From: the human T2T-CHM13v2.0 reference genome, Homo sapiens
Reading direction: 5' to 3' (one strand)
Assembly: GCF_009914755.1 (NCBI RefSeq)
Contig: NC_060935.1
DNA length: 64,000 bases
The notes beneath the pieces were generated by a model that was given only the letters and a program-made list of their open reading frames with translations, was not told the origin of the DNA and did no database searches. Positions within the stretch are counted from its first letter, which is position 1. Each line of letters starts with the position of its first letter. The translations under genes were made by a program, and so were the position numbers. Shown in pieces: positions 47,575 to 61,219 of this stretch.

Positions 47575-47694
47575 CCAAGTGTTACTCTTAATAAAAAATA
47601 CTCTGTGAAAATAAAAGCACTATCAAAATGTGATTAGATCATTTTATTTGCCTAGTGACTTACAAAAATTTTAGATGACAAAATTCCACTTTAA

Positions 47695-47736
47695 AGGAAA
47701 TAAAATATCTTTATTAGGAAATAAAATATCTTTATT
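47695..47736. repeat. Perfect 21-bp tandem duplication
   Basis: aggaaataaaatatctttatt twice. Confidence 0.93.
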
Positions 47737-48599
47737 AGAAACAAGAAAGGGACTTACCTGTAAAATAAGAGACCTATATTGTTTGTGTTGCTTCTCAATA
47801 TGAGCACAAGTGAACATAGTTCACTTAGGTCTGAGAGAGTTCACAATTTTTCATGGCATTTTTGAAAAGAAGGGGAAAATACATAGTCAAATGGCAGGAA
47901 ATAATATATGTTCAATAGTTTAAGGAATGAAATAGTGAAAGTCAGTATGGTATGACCCACAAGTCACGGGCTTGAAGCAACATGAGCTGGTCCATATGAG
48001 GGCAATCTTTCTACCACAAACACAGAAATACTGGATAAAATATAATAGAAGCATGTTGCTTAATTTCAGTCTGGAAAAAAAGGTAGGTAAATCTCTATAA
48101 GCCAGAAAAGAAAAAAGAAATGAAAGCTGGAGGAACAAACTTAACTGGACTCTGCAGTGATCCAAAAAAGTTTCAGATACAGATATAAGAAATGCCTAAA
48201 AGATAAGAAATGGGGTTTAAAGCCCATGAGAGGATGGGATATATTACTTCAGTCCCAATGGAAGAGAGTGGCAGGGCTGAACTATATGCATAAAAATGTA
48301 GAACCTTAAAAGACTGCCTTAGCAATGAAAACAGGGCTAGAAAACACTACACAGAAAATGCCAGGCAGCCAGGAATCTGTCCAAAATTCAGGGTGAGGAC
48401 AAAAATCATTTATGCCAAAAACAACATAAACAAAATAAAATATTGGCCTTTAATGGGAGGTGAATTTTCACTATCACATGGTATAGGAACCTGGGCCAAG
48501 GAACAAAGACTGGTACAGGACCAGTGAAATTGCCAGGGTCCTTGGAGAGGCAAATGAAAAGCTTATCTGTAGGGACAGGTGTGTCCACATGCAAAAAAT

Positions 48600-49030
48600 A
48601 AAAGATTTGTACAAGAATATTTATAGCAGCAGTGTTCATAATAGCCTCAATCTGAAAACAACCCAAATGATCACCTACAGCATAATGTGTAAACAAATGG
48701 TTTTATTTATTCAATGCATTATTATACAGCAATGAGAATAAATGTCTAGCTCCATGCAAAATGTGGATGAACTACATAAGTATAATGTTGTGTAAAATAA
48801 GCAGACATAGAAAAATACTATCTGATTCCATTAATATAAAGTTCTAAAATAGTTCAAACCAATCTATCATGTTAGAAATTGGGATGGCGGTTACTTTTGG
48901 GGAATGATTGGAAGGGGCAAAATGGAGCTTCTGGGAACCTAATGATCTTTAAATTTTTTGGTCTGGGTGATAATAACATCGTTTCATTTACCTACTGATA
49001 AGCTCTACATCTTTGAGTGCTTTTCTGAAA
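48600..49030 (+). mobile_element. Old L1M 3' fragment
   Basis: acaagaatatttatagcagcagtgttcataatagcc...aaacaacccaaatg; tgattccatt. Confidence 0.6.
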
Positions 49031-49570
49031 ATATTTATCAATAAAAGTTTCTTTCTTTTAAAAACTGGCTCCAGCTAAGAGGACAACCTAGAGAGTATTG
49101 TGATCCAACAGAATCTGTGTAGGGTCAGTCAGCGGAAGTCCAGAAGCAGAGGGTCACGGTCATGTCCAGAGAGAAGAGAGGTGTCTACTGCATTACAGCA
49201 TTACAGGATTACAGTTAGAGGCTCTCAGTAAAGTATCTCCATGAATCTCACCAAAGTATCCCACTAGAGGAAGAGCAGCCTGTAATCACCCACCAAACAC
49301 AGATAACCCCAGTGACACTAAAATTCCTACTTGTTGTGTAAAACTGTGCTCTCTAACTTCTCTTCCCACACGTTGGCCCTGGAAGGGTCAAAATCAGCTG
49401 TCATTGGGTGAGTGTAGGCAGCATAAACAGAGAAGAAGCAGATCTTATTTGTTCTTCCCTTTAGGCTTCAAGCTCAAAGCAGTGAGTGCTGAATTGGGGC
49501 AAAGAAGAAATCTAAACTTAGAAGAGGATTTGTAAATTTGGCATAATGCTTCCCTGGGCATTTTGATTAC

Positions 49571-49968
49571 TGATATGGTTTGGCTTTGTGTCACCACCCA
49601 AACCTCATCTTGAATTGTAATCCCATAATCCCCCCATGTTGTGGGAGGAACTCAGTGGGAGGTAATTGAATCATGGGGGTGGTTTCCCCCCATGCTCTTC
49701 TCGTGATCATCATGAGCAGTGTGATCAATCAGTGAATTCTCATGAGATCTGATGGTTTTATAAGAGTCTAGCATTTCCCCTACTGGCACTCATTCTCTCT
49801 CCTGCTGCCTTGTAAAGAAGGACATGTTTACTTCCCCTTGGGCCATGATTGTAAGTTTCCTGAGGCCTTCCCAGCCATGTGGAACTGTGAGTCAATTAAA
49901 CCTCTTTCTTTTATAAATTACCCAGTCTTAGGTATTTCTTCACAGCAGCATGAGAACAGACTAATACG
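49571..49968 (+). mobile_element. Solo THE1 (THE1C/D-like) LTR
   Basis: tgatatggtttggc start, gatggttttataa, gtgagtcaattaaacctc, agactaatac end. Confidence 0.92.
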
Positions 49969-50103
49969 GTTAGTGGAATGAGATTGTTCTTCTGATTAAA
50001 ATCTTTGGGACTGGCCTAAGATTTTATGCAGGAGATGGAAGAACTAGTCTACAAAGCAGGTTTTGTTGTTAGAGGTAATAATGCTGATACTAGTATTTTG
50101 AAT

Positions 50104-50105
<2 letters not shown>

Positions 50106-50138
<33 letters not shown>
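50106..50138. repeat. (CA)n microsatellite
   Basis: Uninterrupted ca run. Confidence 0.95.
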
Positions 50139-50140
<2 letters not shown>

Positions 50141-50198
50141 ACATACAGATAAAACAACTAGTAATTATTTTGATTTTGCTAGAAATACAAACATAAAC

Positions 50199-50408
50199 CA
50201 GTAATTCTCAACTAGAGGCAATTTTGCTCCCTTCCTCACCAGGACATTTCACAATATCTGGAGACAATTTTGGTTTATGCAACTAGAGGGTAGGTATTAT
50301 TGCAGAGAGGCCAAAAAGGCTAATAACATCCCATAATGCACAGGACATCCCCCCCTGCAACAATTATGTGGCCCAATAGGTCAATAGTGTGAGGTTGAGA
50401 AATCATGG
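50199..50408 (+). mobile_element. MER20-like hAT element
   Basis: cagtaattctcaa...caatatctggagacaatttt...aggttgagaaatcatg. Confidence 0.75.
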
Positions 50409-51069
50409 TATAAACTCATGATCCCCTTACTTTTTCAAAAAGAGGTATTTTCTAGGTCTCTTCACTGAAAATGCCCAAAAGTAAAGACAACTCCAGCAGG
50501 AATTCAGATTTTCACATGTAATATAATTTTCATCTAAAACGAACCAGAGCTCCTTGGGGAAATGACTGATCCAGGACTAGGGCAGGAAATGTGCAAGTTG
50601 AGCCTGGGATGCTTTGCTGTGACAGATGATTTGCTTTTACTGAGGGCTAATAAAATTGTGTTTCATTGACCACTGATAATTCACACCAACCAAAATTAAA
50701 ACCACTTGAACATCAAAAAGAACTGGTTCAAGTAATTAAAACACATTGAATATATATTTAAAAAAACATGAGTACATAATGATATGTAAGAAGAGAAAGA
50801 ATGAAAGAAACAAGAGGAACTCACTGGAAACCACTGGAGATTACTAGGGCACAAACTTAACAACTTTGAAAACTGAAAATTAAAAGTAAATAATAAGTAT
50901 CTGTTAGGCTTTCCATTATTAAGTGTATTTTAAGATTACCAGATTGCCTCTTGGAAGAGAGAGAGAACTATTAAAAATATTTATAGCTGATAAAATCAGA
51001 AGGGATAATAGAAATAGAGAATCATCCTTTTGCAATTCCTAATGAAATGGCCACCACTTGTCAAGTCTG

Positions 51070-51468
51070 AAAAGACAATTAAAATACTCCTCCATTTTCC
51101 AACTACAGATCTGTGTGAGGCCACATTTCCTTCCCATGCTTCCACCAAAACAACATATTGGAACAGATTGACTGTAGATCCAGATATGAGAATCCAGCTG
51201 TCTTCTATTAAGATAGACATTAAAATGACTTATAAAAATGTAAAACAATGTCATTCTTGTCATTAAATTTTTTGGTTTGAAAAATTAGTATCTAATGGGT
51301 TTGCTGTTTTTTAAATGAGCTAATAAAAAGTTTTAAAACATTATGAGTTTTAATTTCTAACACAGTAAATACTGAGAGAGAGAATTCACGTATACAGAAG
51401 CTCTTTGGGCTTGTAGCAATTTTTAAGCACATAAGGGGGTCATGAGATCAGTGTCTGAGAACCGTTGG
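51070..51468 (+). mobile_element. Charlie1-like hAT 3' fragment
   Basis: ctgtgtgaggcc...gatatgagaatccagctgtcttctattaag...tgagaaccg. Confidence 0.65.
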
Positions 51469-52286
51469 CCTGTGTAGGATTCTTGTCAAAACGTTTAACT
51501 GGCATATAATTATGTGGGGGAAAAATCAGACAAAGCCAGATTATGGAACTTTCTACAAAACGGCTGGCCTAGACTCCCAAAAAAATGCCAATGTCCTGAA
51601 AGACAAAAAAAGGTGGGAGATCTTTTTAGATTAAAGAAAACTAAACAGAGTTGCTAACCAAGTAAAATACACAATTCCTGACTTGATCCTGAATAAAAAA
51701 ACATTCTATACAAAACATTTTGGGAAAAACTGAAGAAATTTTAATACTAGCTGAATATTAGAATTGTTTTATCAATGTTAAAATTTTGGGGTGATAATAT
51801 TGTGGTTGTAATGGAAGATGTTCTTGTCCTTAGGACATGAATTTTGGAGCCTTAAGAGGTGAAATGTCATGATGTCTGCAACTTACCTTCAAATTGTTGA
51901 TTACAGATATTCGCTGTACTATTCCTTAAAGTTTTTTGTATGTTTTCTGGAATCCAGCATATTCTGAAGATGCATGCAGAATGAGACAAAGGTTCAGACC
52001 AGTTTTTCACGTTAGTAAGTCAGGGGATGGTCATGTAAAGTGGAATGAAGAGTGACTATCTAGCAGAGTGTGAAAGACAGCTGGACAATAACAAATCAGT
52101 AGGTTTTAAAATATCTTCATGAAGATCCAAGGATTTTTGATAAAAGTGAAGGAAAAAGGTGTGGGGTGAAGGAGAGAAGGAAAATCTTATTGAGTATATT
52201 AGAGACCAATATACTAAGCATTTAACTGGTTTATTTCATGTAACCTTGTAACAAAGTAGACATAAAAACATTTAATTTCTCTAGAA

Positions 52287-52736
52287 CAGCAGTCCCTAAT
52301 CTTTTTTGCACCAGGGACAGGTTTCATGAAAGACGAATTTTCCACGGACTGGGGGCAGTGAGGGGTGGGGGGGGTTGGGGGAAGCGGTGATTTCAGGATG
52401 AAATTGTTCCACTTCAGATTATCAGGCATTAGTTAGATTCTCATAAGGAGCACAACCTAGATCCCTGGCACGCGCAGTTTGCAATAGGGTTTGCGCTGCT
52501 ATGAGAATCTAATGCCACCACTGGTCTGATGGGAGGTGCAGCTCAGGCAGTAATGCTCACTCACCTGCTGCTCACCTCCTGCTGTGTGGCCTGATTCACA
52601 GCAGGAGGTGAGCAGCAGGTGAGTAAAATGGCAGGAGAAATGATAATGTATGTTCAATAGTTCAAGGAGTGAAATGGTGAAAGTCAGTATGGTATGACCC
52701 ACAAATCGTAGGCTTGTTCTAGGTTGGGGACCCCTG
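52287..52736 (+). mobile_element. MER1B-like hAT element with internal rearrangement
   Basis: Ends cagcagtccctaa / ttggggacccctg; 8-bp TSD ctctagaa / ccctagaa; longer than a typical MER1B because of an insert at about 52597-52716. Confidence 0.9.
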
Positions 52737-55033
52737 CCCTAGAAGAAATAATAAAGTGCGTGGAAATTCCCAAGGATGGAGCAGATCTAAATAGTCTTTG
52801 GACTAGAATCTAAGACGACACAGAATATACTGGCTAGAGAACAGACCACTGGGCACTGAACACCAGGTGTGAGCATCTGAGACCTTAAGGGTGATCCTGA
52901 GGAGGGATACAGCACACTGGTGAGCAGCAGGGCAGAGAATAGCACCTCCTGTCTCTTACCCCCGCATGTTACTAAACTTCACCCTGAACTACAGGACACT
53001 ACAGGAATCCCAAATTAGTCCAACCATCAGACAAACAAGTACTTCGGTAAAGACTGGGCATATTCCTGACCTCTCACATATATAAGAATATATGTTATCT
53101 TCACCCAAGAATAGCAACTCAACCTGATGGAATTTTTGCCAATCTCAGCATTTAGTACTCAAAGAGGAAATCTAATGTCAACCCAATTTTTATGTCTTAG
53201 TAGTTAACCAGTTTTATTAATCCTACTTAAATGCATATAGGGTGTTTTTCCTTCTCATGAAAAATTTTAAAAAATTACCAATATTGCAAAGTTTTAGCTT
53301 TTTAAAATTACATTTACCTGGGATGCAGTGAGTCCTTTTGATCTAAAAAGTAAAATTTTTATTTAACTGCTAAACTTACTTCTGTTATACGTGTTCTACC
53401 ACCTATTATTAGCTATATAACCTTGAGCAGATCATTTAACTTCTTGGCACTACATTATCCTCATCTATAAAATAACAGTTTAAAAGTTGCTTTGAGGGTA
53501 AAATAATGTATATAAAATCTATAGCACCATAACAGACACAGAATAAATGCTTAACAGTAATTATGACAGTTCAATAAACAAATATTTCTTGAATATCTAC
53601 TATGTGCCAACATTGTTCTAGGTGCTGGTGACACAATGTAGAAATGATCTCGTAAAAAAGATACATAAGGAAGAGTCATTTTCTATAATCAATTAATACT
53701 TTTGCTGCCTTGTTTTTTAGTTTCTTCTTCAGAATCACTGGATATTTATGGGTTGCATATGTGCTCTCTATTCATCGTATCTGTTGTCCAACAGCATAGT
53801 GATAAGGCCATATGCTTTAGAGTCAAATAGACTTTCATTCAAATTCAGTTCTGTCACTTTCTGCAGCATGATAAAATTGTTTAATCAAAATCTTAGTTTT
53901 TCCCACATATAATATAGAGATAAACATTTTATAAGGCTGTTATATGGATTAAGTGAGCTAAATTAGATGAAATGTTACCACAATGACTGGTACATAATAA
54001 AAACAATAAATCATAGTGTGTAATTTTCACCAGTTTACCAATTTCTCTTCATTCCGAAGTAACTCCTTAAATGTGAACTCTACATAATTGGTGTTATTTC
54101 CTGCTCTTTATGACGACCAATATGGATTTTAACTCTGTTACTGCATTTTGGATCACACTGCAGTATTTTCTTATCTCATCCAGCTATGCTTTTATTTAAT
54201 CTGGTTGTTTCCTTATGACACTCAGTCTTGCTTCTCAGATACTGCTGTGTTTGTAATAACTCAAAGCAGATTATTATCCAAATTTTTCTTTTCTTTTTTT
54301 TTCAGCAAATAAATTTTAGGCATATTTTTCCTAAGATAGAATCTGGCTATTACTGATATTAAATGTTACTGGTGTTAAATGAAACAACTTGACAACACTG
54401 TAGTGGGGGAATGTGTTAAGTGAGACACTGGCAGTAACCAAAGTTTGTTATGTTTCAGGATACTCATGGAAGCTGGAAGCTGGAAGCTGGAATGGGTTGG
54501 AGAAGTGGGGAGTGTTGGGGAAAGGAATTAGAGAGGAAAGAAGAAATTGCTAAGATGCTAAGAGATGACAGGGATTGTTTGAGGATGTGAGTAAGGCTAG
54601 AGCTGGCTAAGCCAGGGAGAAGAGTAGTAGATAGTACAATCAGAGTGCAGCAGAGTGCAGATGCTGTAGGGCCTTGAAGGCCACTGTAAGAAATTTGATT
54701 TTTCTCTAAAAGATATGGTACCACTGGAGACACTGGAGCAGACGGCTAACATGATCTGACTTATATTTTAACAGTATCACAATGGCTTCTAAGTCGAGGG
54801 CAGACTCTCAACCTCTGGAATCTAGGAAGGTAAGGATAGAAATGAGACTGTCAGGAGACCACTGCAATACATCCGAAGGGGAATAAGAGTGGCTTAAACC
54901 AAAGTGGTCAGTGGAGGTGGTGATAAGAGGTCAGGTTCTGGATGTTTTCTGAAGGAGGAGACGATTGATTTAAAGAATCCTATTTGGTAGCATATTCCTT
55001 TTTTTTTTTTTTTTTTTTAGAAATGAAGTTTTA

Positions 55034-56724
55034 GGGACCTTTTCAAGGAGAACTACAAACCACTGCTCAAGAAAATCAGAGAGGACACAAACAAATGGAA
55101 AAACATTCCATGCTCATGGGTAGGAAGAATCAATGTCGTGAAAATGGCCATACTGCCCAAAGTAATTTATACATTCAATGTTATCCCCATCAAGCTACCA
55201 CTGACTTTCTTCACAGAATTGGAAAAAGCTACTTTAAACTTCATATGGAACCAAAAAAGAGCCCACATAGCCAAGACAATCCTAAGCAAAAAGAACAAAG
55301 CTGGAGGCATCACACTACCTGACTTCAAACTATACTACAAGGCTGCAGTAACCAAAACAGCATGGCACTGGTACCAAAACGGATATATAGACCAATGGAC
55401 AGAAAAGAGACCTCAGAAATAACACCACACATATACAACCATCTGATCTTTGACAAACTTGACTCAAACAAGCAATGGGGAAAGGATTCCCTGTTTAATA
55501 AATGGTGTTGGGAAAACTGGCTAGCCATAAGCAGAAAACTGAAACTGGACCCCTTCCTAACACCTTATACAAAAATTAACTCAAGATGGATTAAAGACTT
55601 AAATGTAAGACTGCAAACCATAAAAATCCTAGAAGAAAACCTAGGCAACACTATTCAGGAGATAGGTGTAGGCAGAGACTTCATGTCTAAAACACCAAAA
55701 GCAATGGCAACAAAAGCCAAAATTGACAAATGGGATCTAATTAAACTAAAGAACTTCTGCACAGCAAAAGAAACTATCATCAGAGGGAACAGGCAACCTA
55801 CAGAATGGAAGAAAATTTTTGCAATCTATCCATCTGACAAAGGACTAATATCCAGAATCTAGAAGGAACTTAAATTTACAAGGAAAAAACAACCTCATAA
55901 ATTGGGCAAAGGATATGAGCAGACACTTCTCAAAAAAAGACATTTATGCAGCCGACAGACATGAAAAAATGCTCATCATCACTAGTCATTAGAGAAATGC
56001 AAATCAAAATCACAATAAGATACCATCTCATGGCAGTTGGAATGGCAACCATTAAAAAGTCAGGAAACAACAGATACTGGAGAGGATGTGGAGAAATAGG
56101 AAAGCTTTTACACTGTTGGTGGGAGTGTAAATTAGTTCAACCATTGTGGAAGACAGTGCAGCAATTCCTCAAGGATCTAGAACTAGAATTACCATTTGAC
56201 CCAGCAATCCCATTACTGGGTATATACCCAGAGGATTATAAATCATTCTACTATAAAGACACAGGCACACATATGTTTACTGAAGCACTATTCACAATAG
56301 CAAAGACTTGGAACCAAGCCAAATGTCCATCAATGACAGACTGGATTAAGCAAATGTGGCACGTATACACCATGGAATACTATGCAGCCATAAAAAAGAA
56401 TGAGTTCATGTTCTTCGCAGGGACATGGATGAAGCTGGAAACCATCATCAGCAAGCTAACACAAGAACAGAAAACCAAACACCGCATTGTCTCACTGATA
56501 AGTGGGAGTTGAGCAATGAGAACACATGGACTTAGGGAGGGGAACATTACATACCTGGGCCTGTCAGGGGATGGGGGGCTAGGGGAGAGATAGCATTAGG
56601 AGAAATACCTAATGTAGGTGACGGGTTGACGGGTGCAGCAAACCACCATGGCACGTGTATATCTATGTAACAAAACTGCACGTTCTGCACATGTACCCCA
56701 GAACTTAAAGTATAAGTAAAAAAA
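55034..56724 (+). mobile_element. 5'-truncated L1PA (L1PA6/7-like)
   Basis: ORF2 C-terminal ORFs, 3'UTR and short A tail; degenerate TSD gaaatgaagtt / gaaattaagtt. Confidence 0.94.
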
Positions 56725-57475
56725 GGAAATTAAGTTCTTCATGTCATCATTCTAAATAATGTGTTCTTTTTTCTTCCCTTCAACTATCTTAAATTGAATG
56801 AATCAGCTTTTCATCTATCTTTCCTGAAGCTGTTCTGCTCCTCTCTTTCTAAATAAAAAAATCTCTCTGGAACTCTTCCAAATGCCCTAATTATTCACAT
56901 ATCTTCTAACTTATAAAACGTGAAATTGTATGAAGTACTTAGTTATAATTGACATCCATAATAACATAGTTAGCTAAACAGTAAGCATTTAGAGAATGTA
57001 AGGAACTACACATTACATGCAAAATTTTAAAAAGAAACCACAATCATTTGACCTCACATACTATTGAGAAAGGAGTTTAAGACAGCTACATAAAAAACAT
57101 TAAAAAATTACAAAACTATTTGTCAACAAAGTTGTTCATGTCCTTGTGCTACTCTGATGTAGGATTATAACAGTTACATACATGCAAATGGTTAATTCCT
57201 TCCCTCATATCTATGAAGTTTAGTTTTTTCTTCCTGATTACAGAAATCCTAAATTTATCAATGTGTTCAACTTCATTATTTCTTCAAATTCTGTTTAGGC
57301 ATATCAAGTGACTTAAGATTCTGTTATAACTTTCTAGAATCTCCCCAGTCTTACTTGAAACTGGCTTTGTAAAAAAAAAAAAAAGAAAGAAAAAGGTAGA
57401 ACTATATGGATAATTAATTAACATTTTCCTAAATGTTATTTAAGTCTAGGCACCAAAATATATAAGATTTGAACT

Positions 57476-57771
<296 letters not shown>

Positions 57772-57773
57772 TG

Positions 57774-57990
57774 AGCCTAGGCAAGGTGGTTTATGCCTGA
57801 AACTCCAGCACTTTGGGAGGATTGCTTGAGGCCAGGAGTTCCAGACCAGCCTGCAACAAAGCAAAGCCTTGTCTATTAAAAAAATATCTGGAGGTTGAGG
57901 TGGGAGTATCACTTCAGCCCAGGAGTTCAAGGCTGCAGTGAGCTATGATCATGCCACTGCACTCCAGCCTGTCTCTAAATAATAATAAAT
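57774..57990 (+). mobile_element. Internally deleted AluJ-like element
   Basis: Both arms present but shortened; directly follows the preceding Alu tail. Confidence 0.8.
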
Positions 57991-58294
57991 TTTAAAAGTA
58001 AAAAATATTTTTAAACGACTTGACTACAATAAGAGTTTTAAGTCTTTTCAATAAATCTTCAATCAGTTGCTAATATCATCTCGTGCTTCAAACACAGTGC
58101 CCAGTGGTGTGCTTTAGTGAAAGCGGTTTAATTTTTGGAGTCTGCCAGAACTGGGTTTGGTTACCAGCTCCATTACTAACTGGCTAGGTATCTTTAGGAA
58201 AGTTAACTTCCTTCCTTGTTTTAATTCTTATATCTGAAAAAAGGAGATGGCAGTAACTTCTCAAACAGCTCTTAGCTGAAAATTAAGGGAGATA

Positions 58295-60655
58295 CAAGCA
58301 TATCGTATCTTATTGCGCTTTGCTTAATTGTACTTCACAAATATTGTATGTTTTACAAATTCAGGGTTTGTGGCAGCCCTGCATCCAGCAAGACTATGGG
58401 CATCATTTTTCCAACAGCACATGTTCACCTCCTGTCTCTGTCACGTTTTAGTAATTCTCAAAATATTTCAAACTTTTTCATTATCATCTCTGCTATGGTG
58501 ATCTATGATCAGAGATCTTTGATGTTATTACTGTAATTGTTTTTGGGTGCCACAAACCTTGCCCATGTAAGACAATAAACTTAACTGATAAATGTGTGTG
58601 TTCAGACTGCTCCACCAATTGGCATTCTGTCCTTGTCTCTTTCTTCATGATTTCCTATTCCCTGTGTCACAACAATATTGAAATCAGGCCAATTAACAAC
58701 CCTACAATGGCCTCTAAATGTTCAAGTGAAAGGAAGGGTTGCATATGTGTCACCTTAAATTAAAAGCTAGAAAGATTAAGCTTCGTGAGGGAGGAATGTC
58801 AAAAGCCAAGACAGGCCAAAAGCTAGGCCTCTTGCACCAGTTAGCCAAGTTGTAAATGCAAAGGAAATGTTCTTGAAGGAAGTTAAAAAGTGCTACTCCA
58901 GTGAACACATGAATGATAAGAAAGCAAAAAAACAAAACAAAAAAAGCCTTATAGCTGATATGGAGAAACGCTTAATGGTCTGGATAGAGGATCAGGCCAG
59001 CCACAACATTCCCTTCAGCCAAACCTAATCCAGAGCAAGGCCATAATTCTCTTCAATTCTATCAAGGGTGAGAGAGGGATGAAAGCTGTAAAAGAAAAGT
59101 TTGAAAACAGAAGCTGGATTATGAGGTTAAAGGAAAGAAGCCATTCCCATAACACAAAAGTACAAGGTGAAGCAGCAAGTGCTGATGTAGAAGCTGCAGC
59201 AAGTTATCCAAAAGATCTAGCTAAGCCCATGGATGAAGGTAGCTACACTAAACAACAGATTTTCAATGTAGATAAAACAGTCTTCTCTTGGAAAAAGATG
59301 CCATTTAGAACTTTCAGAGCTAGATAGGAGAAGTCAATGCCTGGCTTCAAAGCTTCAAAGGAAAGGCTGACTCTCTTGTTAGGGGCTAATGAAGCTGGGC
59401 ATTTGAAGTTAAAGCCAATCCTCATTTATCATTCTGAAGTTCCTAAGGCCCTTAAGAATTATGCTAAATCTACTCTGCCTGTGTTCTAGAAATGGAACAA
59501 CAAAGCCTGAGTGACAGCACATCTATTTACAGCATGGTCCACTAACTACTTTAAGCCCACTGTTGAGACCTACTGCTTAGAAAAAAAAATTCCCATGAGC
59601 TCTGATGGAAATGTACAAGAAGGTTAATGTATTCATGCCTGCTAACACAACATCTATTCTGCAGCCCATGGATCACTGAGTAATTCTGACTTTCAAGCCT
59701 TATGACTTAAGAAACTCATTTTATTAGGCTACAGCTGCCATAGATTGTGATTCCTCTGATGAATCTGGGCAAAGTACATTGAAAATCTTTTAGAAAGCGT
59801 TCATCATTTTAGATGTCATTAAGAACATTTGTGGTTAATCGGAGAAAGTCAAAGCATCAGCATTAACAGCAGTTTGGAAGAAGTTGATTCAAACCCTTAT
59901 AGATGACTTTGAGGGATTCAAGACTTCATGGAGGAAGTAACTGCATATGTGGTAGGAATAGCAAAAGAACTGGAATTAGAAGTGGAGTTCAAAGATGTGA
60001 CTGAATTGCTAAAATCTCATAAAATTTGAACACATGAGGGGTCTTGTCTCATGGATGAGCAAAGAAAGCGGTTTCTTGAGATTCAATCTGCTCCTGGTGA
60101 AGACGCTGTGAGCATTGTTGAAATGACAACAAAAGATTTAGGATTTAGGATATTATATAAACTTAGGTGATAGTGCAGCAGCAGGTTTTGAGAAAAGTGA
60201 CTCCAATTTTCAAAGAAGCTCTACTGTGGGTAAAACACAGCATTGCATACTACAGAGTAATCTTTTGTGAAAGGAACAGTCTATGGATATGGTAAACTTC
60301 ACTGTTGTCTTATTTAAAGAAATTGCCACAGACACCCCAACCTCCAGCAATCACTACCTCGATAAGTCAATGACCATTCACATCAAGGCAAGACCCTCTA
60401 CCAGCAAAAACATTACAACTCCCTTAAGGCTCATGTGATCATTAGCAATTTTAGCAATAAAGTATTTTCAATCAGGGTATGTACATTGTTTATTTAGACA
60501 TAAAGCTACTGCACACTTAACAGACTGCAGTATAGTGTAAACATAACTTTTTTAGATACCAGAAAGCAAAAAATTTGTGTGACTTGCTTTATTGCAATAT
60601 TTGCTTTATTGTAGTTGTCTAGAACAGAACCTGCGATATCTCTAAGGTATGCCTA
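58295..60655 (+). mobile_element. Near full-length Tigger1 DNA transposon with decayed transposase
   Basis: TA|caagcata...tatgccta|TA ends; about 2.36 kb; transposase remnant [18 protein letters not shown]...QQIFNVDKT at 59079-59327. Confidence 0.93.
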
Positions 60656-61219
60656 TAACAAATACATATAATGTGTCTACTATAGTGCCTGGTATATAGT
60701 AAGGACACAAAAAGTGGAAGTCTCCAACCTCCCTCCCTAGCCTCTCACATTTTTTAGAATTCTTCCTAGAGAAAGGAGCATTCTTGGTAGGGGCCACAGC
60801 CTGCCTGCCTTCTATATTTCAGGTTCACTGCTTTAGGGAATGAAAAGTAGTGTTTTCTCAGCATAAGACTGAAGGCCCCCAGATCTCGATCAAAGAGTAT
60901 TTTAAATAATCTTAGGTCTGATCTCCCTGGCATGACCTTCTGCCTCTATTCCCCATTGCTTCTAGAGTTAATGTTCTCAAAAACAAAGCCAACCATTTCA
61001 CCTCTCAGCTTTGTATCTGGCTCCCCTCTGAGCCAAGCAGAACTTTAAGAAACAACCAAACAGCTAGCTGAAATGCCATTTCTGGGTCCCTTTCTTAGAT
61101 ATTTTGACTTGGCTTACCTGGGGCGAGGTGCAGAAATCATCTCAAACCAGTACCCAGGTGATTCTGAGGCAGATAGCTTGAGGACCAAAAGAACACTGGC
61201 TTACCAGAGAAAACCCTAA

